Origin: Fonticula alba ATCC 38817
Taxonomy: Eukaryota > Protista > Nucleariida
Strand: one strand, 5' to 3'
NCBI GenBank assembly: GCA_000388065.2
Contig: KB932225.1
DNA: 9,220 bases
This document shows, in pieces, positions 1-7,358 of this stretch. A program made the translations under genes and the position numbers. Each line of letters opens with the position of its first letter. Position 1 is the stretch's first letter. Under the pieces are notes generated by a model. That model ran no database searches. It was not told the origin of the DNA and saw only the letters and a list, made by a program, of their open reading frames with translations.

Positions 1-35
1 ACACACACACACACACATACACACACACATCACAC
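1..35. repeat. Imperfect (AC)n microsatellite; a second short (CA)n tract lies at 81-96
   Basis: acacacacacacacacatacacacacacatcacac; cacacatacacacaca. Confidence 0.95.
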
Positions 36-68
36 GTCGCGCTTCCCCCTGCTTCCCCGGCCGCCACC

Positions 69-238
69 CTGCACGCAGGACACACATACACACACAGGGA
101 GGGAGAGAGAGAGAGAGAGAGAGAGAACCACGCGCACAAAAACGAGGCGAGAGGGGGAGAAGGGAGAAAGAGGAAGGAGGGCCCCACAGGGCAAGGATGG
201 AGTCCCGATCTACGTGGGAAGGGGAAGGAGGGACGCAC
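69..238 (-). other. Probable intron after exon D (acceptor tentative; the intron may run beyond position 1)
   Basis: The donor G|GTGCGT is identical to the donor at 3607. The body is pyrimidine-rich with (CT)12 and (GT)n. A candidate acceptor GTCCTGCGTGCAG|GG lies at 69. Confidence 0.55.
103..126. repeat. (GA)12 microsatellite
   Basis: Perfect dinucleotide run, read directly. Confidence 0.95.
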
Positions 239-3235
239 CCGAGGCAGGAGCAGCGGCGGGGGCGCCCGTCGCCGACCCCGAGGGGGACTTGGTGTCGGCA
301 CCAGCCGCCGAGGGGGCGGCCTTGGATACACCCGCGGGCCCGGTGGCGACGTTGGTGGTGACAACCGCACTCGGGCCGCCAGTCGTCTTGGAGGGGGGAG
401 CAGGGGTCTTGGCTCCGGCCTTCGACGGCTGCTTGGCCGGCTGGGCCGTCGAGGGCAGCGGCGCCACCAGATCCGGCAGCGGCAGACCCAGACCCAGACC
501 AGCGCCGGACGCCGAACCGCCCGACAGGGCGGGCAGATCCCCCAACGGCGGGAGAGGCCCCTTGTCAGAGGCCGAGACCCCCGTCAGGGAGGGCAGCCCC
601 GCCGCCGAGAGGGCCTTGCCGCCCGCAGCGCCGGACGCCTTGCCGGTGGTGGTCGCCTTCCCGGCGGCCTTCTTTGGCGTGATGCCACCGCCAGAGGCGG
701 CCTTCCCGCCACCGGCGGCGGCGGCGGCGGCGGCGGCGCCCGGGGAAGTAACCTTGCTGCCGGCGGCGGTCTTGGCCTTGGCACCGGGGGTGGGCACACC
801 ACCAGCGGCCGCCGATGAGGGCTTGCCCGCCGCCGCCGCCGCCGCCGCCATGGCAACAACGCCGCCCTTGCCGGCGGGCTTCTTGGCTGGCGTGACGGTG
901 GCAGAGCCGCCGGCGCCAGTCGCCGCCACCGGAGCAGCACCCTCGGCACCCTCGCCCGACGCATTGGCCGCGGTCTTGGCCCCGGCCTTCTTAGTGCCGT
1001 TGCCGGCGGCCGGGGCCTTCTTGCCGGCGGCCGGCGACTCGGGGACCGGCGACTCGGACGCCCCGGCCGCAGGCGCCTTCTTGGCACCCTTGGCGGTGGT
1101 GGCGGCCTTGACCGGGGGGGCAGGCTTGCCAGCGGCGGCGGGCTTGGTCGCCGTGTCGGCCGCCGCCGCGATGGCCGCCTCAGACAAGGGCTTGGCCTTG
1201 GCCTTGGGGCCGCCTGCCGGGGCCGCCTTGCCAGCCGCGGCGCCCTTGGTGGCCGAGGCGCCGGCCACCAGGGCGCCGACCTTCGGTGTGGCGGCCCTGG
1301 CCTTGGTGGCGGATGCCGCAGCCGCCTTGGGCGTCTTGGGCGTCTTGGCAGTGCTGGTGGCAGTCGCTCCCGGGGCAGCGGCAGCTGCCTTCGGGGTGCC
1401 GGCGGCGTCGGCACCCTCCTTCGGGGTCTTCGGCGTCGCGGCCGCCTTCGAGGTGGCCTTCGTCGCGGCCGCCTTCGGGGTGCCCTTCGGAGCCGCCGCC
1501 TTGGGGGTCGCCGCCGCCGGAATGCCAGCCGCAGAGCTGCCTCCATCAGCGCCGGGACCCTTGCCGGTGGACTTGGCTGTGGCGGCGCCGGCAGCGGTGG
1601 CAGCAGCAGCCCCCTTGCCGGTGGCCTTGGCCGCGGCGCCCTTGCCGCCGGTGGCGGTCTTCGGCGTGGCCGCGCCCTTGGTGCCCGGGGGGGGCTTGGG
1701 CGTGGTGGCGCCGGCTTCGGCCGCAGCGGCCTTGGCAGCGGCCGCGCCAGCCTTGGCCGCCGGCGTGGTGGCCTTCCCGCTGGCCGCGCCGGCAGCAGGA
1801 GCCTTCCCGCCGATGGCAGGGTCACTCGGTCCAACGCCGGCAATGGCCGCGGCCGCGGCCGCGGCAGCAGCAGCCACGGCGGACTTCTTGCCGCCGGCCG
1901 CCGGGGCGGTCGTGCCAGCGGCCCCGCCCTTGGCCCGGGCCTTCCCGGCCGACTTGGTCGCGGAGGCGCCAGCCGCCTTGGGAGCCGGCGCCGCGGCCGG
2001 CGTTTGAGGAGCATCGGCCCCGGTCGACTTGGCCTTGGGGGCCCGAGGCTTGGCCGGGGGCTTAGCCGGGGTCTTGGCCGGGGTCTTGGCCGGGGTCTTG
2101 GCCGGCGTGCCGGCAGGCGTGCCAGCAGATGGCTGGGCATTCGCCGTGCCCGGCCCCACGGAGACCGCCCCATCGGCGGTGCCGGCCGAGGCCGCAGCCG
2201 CAGCCGCAGCCGCAGCCTTGGCCAGCGCCGCCTTGGAGGGCGCGCGCTTCTTGGGACCCGGCACTGGCACGGGCTCGCCATCTGCAGGGGTGGCGGTGGT
2301 GGCGGCGAGCCCAGCGGTGCCGGCCGCGGCCTTGCCCTTGGCCGTCTTGGGCCCGGTGGCTGCCGTGACCGGCGCCTTGGTGGCGCCGTCGGCCTCGGCG
2401 GCTGCCGCGGCCTTGGTCGCGCGCGGCTTGGCCGGCGCCTTGGTCGATGCCTTGGCCGGCGTCTTGGTGGCAGCAGCCGCCGGCACACCGCCGGCTGTCA
2501 CCCCGCCGGGTTGCGGGGCACCACCATCGCCGGCCATGGCTGCCATGGCGGCCGCCGCGGCCGCCGCCGCGGCAGCAGCCACCGCCGCCTTGGCCCGGGA
2601 AGGGCGCGGCTTACGGGGCTTCGGAGCAGGCGCCGCACCATCGGTCGCGCCTGCTGCCGGAGCGGCGCCAGACGTGTCGGTGGTAATCGGCCCCTCGGTG
2701 GCGGCCTTCTTGGCGGCGGCCGCTGTGCCGGCCCGCTTCTTGGCGGCGGGCTTCGGGATGATGGCGCCGTCGACCACCGGGGCCACACCAGCCTCGAGAT
2801 CGGCGGCCGCAGCCGCGGCGGCCCCCTTGACAGCCTTGCCGGCCGAGCCTTCGGCCTTGGCGACAGATGCCTTCTTGGCGGAGGGCCGAGGCAGCGCCGG
2901 GGACTTGGCCCCGGCGGCAGCCTTGCCAGCTGCTGCCTTGGACGGGGCGGCGGCCTTAGGGGCGGCCCCACCGGGGGCTGCAGTCGACTGATCCACCGAG
3001 CCACCGAGCTCGGCCTCGGCCTGTGCCTGGGCCGCCTTTTTGCCCTTGGCCGGGGCGCGCTTCTTGGGCGCCCCGGCCGCCGGCGTATCGGCAGCGGCGG
3101 CGCCGGGAGCGGCGGGGTCGGCCACCGAGCCGGCGACCGCCGGCGCCGCCCCGGCCGCCGGTGCCTTTGCCCGGCTCTTGGCCGGGGCGCGCTTCTTCGG
3201 CGCGGGACCGCCTGCCTCGGAGGGCTTGCCACCGC
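239..3235 (-). CDS. Coding exon D (2997 nt, 999 codons, phase 1/1): Ala/Lys/Gly/Pro/Thr-rich basic low-complexity domain, similar in composition to a histone H1 C-terminal tail
   Basis: Acceptor CTTCCCCGCCGCAG|GC at 3236 and a continuous open frame (ORF 210..3467). Probable donor TCGG|GTGCGT at 238; if that donor is unused, the frame ends at TAG 212-210. Confidence 0.85.
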
Positions 3236-4252
3236 CTGCGGCGGGGAAGGCCGGAAGCAAGGGACGAGGAAGCGCAAGGAGGGGGGCGACAACCGGGAGA
3301 AAGGGAAAGGTTAGATCGGAGAAAGACCGCCGCATACACAACGGCGTGGGGGGGGGGCAGGAGCGAAAACCAGAACAGGAACACGGACCCTTGGCAGGCG
3401 GGACACCAATGGCATCGAGACCGGACTCCGCATTGGAGATGACCGGAACCGAGGCGTCTACATGCACAGGAGGGGGAGAGTTGTGTCAGTGGAAGGGAAG
3501 GAGGAGGAGGACCCACGCGTCGGCATATGCGCGCGAGGTAGAGGCGACAGAGGGGGAGGGGAGTCAGGCGCGCGCGCGCGCGCGTGCGCGTGCAGGTCCA
3601 CACGCACCGAGGTCGGTGCTGGTCAGGGGGCCGGCAATACGATGGCCGGGCTGCTGCTTGCGACCGCTGGCGGCAGCCCCCGGGACCGATGGCGAGGCCA
3701 ACGACGGCGAGACCCCGGCCGCCTCCGCCGGCGCCTGGACCTGGCCAACGAGCTGGAAGTTGCTGAGCAGATCGCCCGGCGACAGACTGGAGATAGTGGC
3801 GGCAATGGCCCCGCCAGGCGGGCCATTGCCGCCCGGGGCCACCCCGGTCGCCGGGTGATGCGCAAAGAGCCCGGCCCCCAGGGCGGCCACATTGTTGGAG
3901 ATGCCGTTGGCCGACGAGGAGCCATTCGAAACCGACATGAGCTTGGCCGCGGCCGCCGCATATGAATCGTCCTTGCTGATGTCCAGCCCAACATGAAGGA
4001 GCTGCTCCTGGGAAACCCGGGCCGCCATGGCTGCCAGGGACAGGTGCTGCCCGGGGTGGTGGTGCTGGCCTCCCGAAACGTGGTGCTGGTTGGCGTGGTG
4101 ACTACCATGCTGCTGCGGCTGCGGCTGCGGCTGCGGCTGCTGCGACGATGAAGCACTTGGCTGCTGGGAGGTCTCGCGCGAGGTGGCCCCCGAGCTGCCG
4201 AGACGCGCGCTCAGCGGACCGCCGCTCAAGCCGGCCCCCGCCGCCGCCGCTG

Positions 4253-4284
<32 letters not shown>

Positions 4285-6721
4285 GTCGCATGTTGCTGCA
4301 GCTTGGATGTCAGCCGGCCGTAGACGTCGGAATCCGGGCCGAGGGCACCCAAATGCGCCTGGAGCTCATGCTGCTGCTGCTGCGACAGAAGGTGTCCCGG
4401 ATGGCCGGGGATCTGTTGCTGCTGCTGCTGCTGCTGCTGAAGTTGCTGCTGCTGCTGCTGCTGCTGGGCATGGAACTGATGCAGAGCCTGGTGATGCTGC
4501 GCCTGCGTCTGTTGCTGCTGCTGCTGCTGCTGAAGTTGCTGCACCGTCGGCGGGGCGGCCTGCTGCGGCGTCGGCGGCTGGCTTCCCTGCTGCGGCGTCG
4601 GCGGCTGACTGCCGCCGTGGTGCGGAGTGCCATGCGCATGCTGAGCCTGCTGCTGCGCCTGCGGCTGCCCCGGATGGTGGACGCCAGCATGGCGGGCCTG
4701 GCTCTTGGCCGCGACTACGGCTGCATACATGGCCTCCGGGCCGCCCTGGTGCCCATGCAGCGCGGCCAGCGATGAGATGCTCCCATGCGAGTTGACCGCC
4801 GACTGCTGGGCATGATGGTGCTGCTGTTGGACCGCCGCCTGGGCATCCCCCCGGTGGTAGGCCTGGGCGCCGCCACCGCCGGGGCCCGACCCCGCCGCCT
4901 GCGACGCCGCTGTCGGCGTGGTGGAAGACGACGACCCGGCCGAGGAGCCGGATCCCTGCTGCTGCTGCTGCTGCTGCTGCATGGCTTGCTGCTGCGCCGC
5001 CGCCTGGGCCTGGGCTTGGGCATGCTGCTGGAGCTGGAGATGAAGCTGCGCCGCGCTGGGCCCGGCTTGCTGCTGCTGCTGCTGCTGTTGCTGCTGCTCC
5101 TGGCCCAGGAGCAACGAATGCGCGTTCAGCTGCGACCCGGCCTGCTGGGCCTGGGCATGCTGCTGACGCAGGTACTCATATGAAACCTGAAGGGGCAGCG
5201 ACGACGATGAGGCTGATGCCGACCCGGTCTGCGAAGTGTTCCCCGACTGGTGGTGACCCTGCTGCTGCTGCTGCTGCTGCGCGTGCTGCTGCTGCTGCTG
5301 CGCGTGCTGCTGACCGAAGTATGCGTGGTGCTGCGAGGCCTGCTCGGCGGTGAGGGCCCCGGAGGGAAGCTCGCCGCCCTGAGCCGCCAGGCGCTGAAGA
5401 TGGCCCTGCTGAAGCTGCTGCTGAAGCTGCTGGTGGGTGCCCTGCTGAAGTTGGGCCTGGAGTTGCTGCTGCTGGGCCTGCTGCTGGGCCTGCTGCTGGG
5501 CCTGCTGCTGAGCATCCTGCGGCGACTTTTGCATCTGCGAGGGGGACTGCGAGGCGCGGGACTATGCATACCGCAATATCAAAACCGGTGAGTTGGAGGG
5601 GAGATGGCGAGGCAATGCCGGGCTGGAGGAGCAAAGCGAGACAACGAGAGGCAACAAGACAACAAGGGACAACAAGAGACAAAGAGAGACAAAGAGAGAC
5701 AAAGAGAGACAAAGAAGGAAAGAGGGGAAGAAAAAAAACATACCTGGGCCGCCTGCTGCTGAAGCTGGAGCTGCTGCTGGAGCTGCTGCTGCTGCTGCTG
5801 CAAGAAGAGCGAGTGATTGGCCTGCTGAGGCTGGGCGAAGATGTACTGCTGACCCTGCTGCTGGTGACCGCCCTGCTGGTACTGCGCCTGGAGCTGCTGC
5901 AATTGCTGCAACTGAGCGGCTTGCTGCTGGCTCTGCTGCTGCGGCTGCGGCTGCGGCTGCTGCTGCTGCTGCTGCGAGGGCTGAGCCTGCTGCTGGGCCG
6001 CCTGGGCCTGGGCCTGAAGCTGGGCCTGCAGGTGGTGCTGCTGCTGAAGCTGCTGGTGGGCCTGCTGCTGGGCCTGCAGATGCTGCTGGGCCTGAAGATG
6101 CTGCTGCTGTTGGAGGAGCTGGGCTTGCTGCTGCTGCTGTAGGTGCTGCTGCTGCTGCAGCTGAAGCTGCTGCTGGGGTTGAAGCTGCTGCTGCTGCTGC
6201 TGCTGCTGCAGCTGGGCCTGGAGCTGGGCCTGCTGAGCCTGGAGCTGGGCTTGCTGCTGCGCATGAAGCTGCGCATGCTGCTGCGCCTGCTGCGGGGTCT
6301 GTGCCTGGGCCTGCTGCTGCTGGTGTAGCTGCTGCTGCTGGTATTGGAACTGCTGCTGCTGCTGGAGGAGCTGGGCCTGCTGCTGCTGCTGTAGCTGTTG
6401 CTGCTGCTGCAGCAGCTGCTGCTGGTGTGCCTGCTGCAACTGCTGCGGATGGAGCTGAAGCTGCTGCTGCAACTGCAAGAGCTGTGCCTGCTGCGGATGC
6501 GCGTGCTGCTGCTGCTGTTGCTGCTGCTGCTGCAGGGCCTGCTGCTGCTGCTGCAGGAAGTGGATGTGGGTCGAGACCTCGGGCGAAGCCATCATGTGAG
6601 ACTGGTGGATGGAATTGAGGCCGACGGTGGTGGTGGCGGCGCCGCCATGGGTGGCGCCCTGCCCTGCTGCGAGGTTCTGCTGGGCAGCCATCAAGGCATG
6701 ACTGGCCGGGTGAACGGCGGA
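239..6721 (-). CDS. Partial multi-exon gene, join(6721..5744, 5534..3608, 3457..3389, 3235..239), about 1990 aa. Intrinsically disordered protein with a Gln/His-rich half and an Ala/Lys/Pro-rich basic half; possibly a nuclear or chromatin regulator
   Basis: The exons join in one continuous frame through three GT-AG introns with matching phases (0, 1, 1), pyrimidine-rich intron bodies and branch-like CTVAC motifs. Codon use is strongly biased (Lys almost all AAG, Gln mostly CAG). The function is inferred from composition only. Confidence 0.85.
2049..2120 (-). repeat. Coding 12-bp tandem repeat, 6 copies (TPAG-TPAK-TPAK-TPAK-TPAK-PPAK)
   Basis: Plus-strand unit cttggccggggt repeated at 2049, 2061, 2073, 2085, 2097 and 2109, with degeneration at the ends. 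Confidence 0.9.
3236..3388 (-). other. Spliceosomal intron (153 nt, phase 1, no in-frame stop)
   Basis: GTCCGT...CGCAG boundaries and CTAAC at 3314-3310. The C/T-rich composition and its translation (Cys/Phe/Leu-rich) differ sharply from the flanking exons. Confidence 0.72.
3389..3457 (-). CDS. Coding exon C (69-nt micro-exon, phase 1/1): (D)ASVPVISNAESGLDAIGVPPAK
   Basis: Acceptor GCATGTAG|AC at 3458 with CTGAC at 3489-3485. Donor AAGG|GTCCGT at 3388. The frame is consistent with both neighbouring exons. Confidence 0.72.
3458..3607 (-). other. Spliceosomal intron (150 nt, phase 1, contains in-frame TGA at 3566-3564)
   Basis: GTGCGT...TGTAG boundaries, CTGAC about 30 nt before the acceptor, pyrimidine-rich body, internal (GC)n tract. 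Confidence 0.82.
3568..3594. repeat. Alternating purine/pyrimidine tract, (GC)8 then GTGCGCGTGCA, inside the 150-nt intron
   Basis: gcgcgcgcgcgcgcgcgtgcgcgtgca. Confidence 0.9.
3608..5534 (-). CDS. Coding exon B (1927 nt, phase 0/1): Gln/His/Ala/Ser/Gly-rich prion-like region, MQKSPQDAQQQ...LTSTDL
   Basis: Acceptor CCCCCTCGCAG|ATG at 5535 and donor CTCG|GTGCGT at 3607. The frame is open throughout and matches ORF 3564..5534. Confidence 0.88.
4559..4612 (-). repeat. Coding 27-bp tandem duplication (GSQPPTPQQ x2)
   Basis: cctgctgcggcgtcggcggctg starts at both 4559 and 4586. Confidence 0.9.
5535..5743 (-). other. Spliceosomal intron (209 nt, phase 0)
   Basis: GTATGT...CGCAG boundaries, C/T-rich body, CTCAC branch-like motif at 5592-5588, and an in-frame stop at 5581-5579. 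Confidence 0.88.
5661..5710. repeat. Intronic 10-bp minisatellite, 5 copies (aacaagggac, aacaagagac, aaagagagac x3)
   Basis: 10-bp periodicity read directly. Confidence 0.85.
5744..6721 (-). CDS. Coding exon A (978 nt, 326 codons, phase 0/0): SAVHPASHALMAAQQN... followed by Gln/Leu/Ala/His-rich polyQ sequence ending ...QQQAAQ
   Basis: Acceptor CTCCTCTTCTCCATAG|TCC at 6722 (the TAG is also an in-frame stop, so the exon cannot extend upstream). Donor CAG|GTATGT at 5743. The length is a multiple of 3. The ORF track's 'MM' start is TTG-ATG inside this exon. Confidence 0.85.
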
Positions 6722-6813
6722 CTATGGAGAAGAGGAGAGGCAAAGAGGCAGGTAAGTAGGGGGAGGGAGGGAAGGTCGGGGGCAGGGCACAGCGGCCAGC
6801 GTGGGGGGGGGGG
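6722..6813 (-). other. 3' end of an intron (polypyrimidine tract and acceptor) upstream of exon A, running into the gap
   Basis: The minus strand reads ...CCTTCCCTCCCTCCCCCTACTTACCTGCCTCTTTGCCTCTCCTCTTCTCCATAG directly before exon A. Confidence 0.75.
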
Positions 6814-7358
6814 NNNNNNNNNNNNNNNNNNNNNNNNNNNNNNNNNNNNNNNNNNNNNNNNNNNNNNNNNNNNNNNNNNNNNNNNNNNNNNNNNNNNNNN
6901 NNNNNNNNNNNNNNNNNNNNNNNNNNNNNNNNNNNNNNNNNNNNNNNNNNNNNNNNNNNNNNNNNNNNNNNNNNNNNNNNNNNNNNNNNNNNNNNNNNNN
7001 NNNNNNNNNNNNNNNNNNNNNNNNNNNNNNNNNNNNNNNNNNNNNNNNNNNNNNNNNNNNNNNNNNNNNNNNNNNNNNNNNNNNNNNNNNNNNNNNNNNN
7101 NNNNNNNNNNNNNNNNNNNNNNNNNNNNNNNNNNNNNNNNNNNNNNNNNNNNNNNNNNNNNNNNNNNNNNNNNNNNNNNNNNNNNNNNNNNNNNNNNNNN
7201 NNNNNNNNNNNNNNNNNNNNNNNNNNNNNNNNNNNNNNNNNNNNNNNNNNNNNNNNNNNNNNNNNNNNNNNNNNNNNNNNNNNNNNNNNNNNNNNNNNNN
7301 NNNNNNNNNNNNNNNNNNNNNNNNNNNNNNNNNNNNNNNNNNNNNNNNNNNNNNNNNN
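6814..7358. other. Assembly gap (545 N)
   Basis: Run of N, preceded by a 12-nt G run (6802-6813). Confidence 0.99.

Larger units (their letters stand above)
4130..6552 (-). repeat. Dispersed interrupted (CAG)n polyglutamine tracts; the longest pure run seen is (CAG)10 at 4254-4283
   Basis: Many ctg runs on the plus strand, interrupted by ttg (CAA) and by Leu, His and Ala codons. Confidence 0.95.

Noticed and set aside
239-3235. Calling the basic region histone H1, or an AT-hook/HMGA protein
   Set aside because: No winged-helix globular domain (no aromatic residues at all) and no R-G-R-P core are present. The similarity is compositional only.
3465-3467. ORF-track starts at 3467 (GTG), 6694 (TTG) and 5534 (ATG) as true gene starts
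   Set aside because: 3467 lies inside an intron, 6694 is an internal Leu codon, and 5534 directly follows a good acceptor with an in-frame upstream exon.
214-3858. Long plus-strand ORFs (214..2007, 2029..2991, 2004..3314, 3040..3858 and others)
   Set aside because: These are antisense shadows of exon D (for example AAG becomes TTG/Leu). Stops are rare in repetitive GC-rich DNA, and the splice signals and codon bias support only the minus strand.
2049-5710. CRISPR array or prokaryotic system
   Set aside because: The repeats are contiguous tandem units without unique spacers, no cas-like ORF is present, and the DNA is clearly spliceosomal-intron-containing eukaryotic sequence.
584-6743. Alternative minus-strand frames (poly-Arg/Pro 584..2488 and 2498..3292, poly-Ser 5176..6276, poly-Ala 5562..6743)
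   Set aside because: These are off-frame readings of the same repeats and are inconsistent with the intron phases and codon usage.
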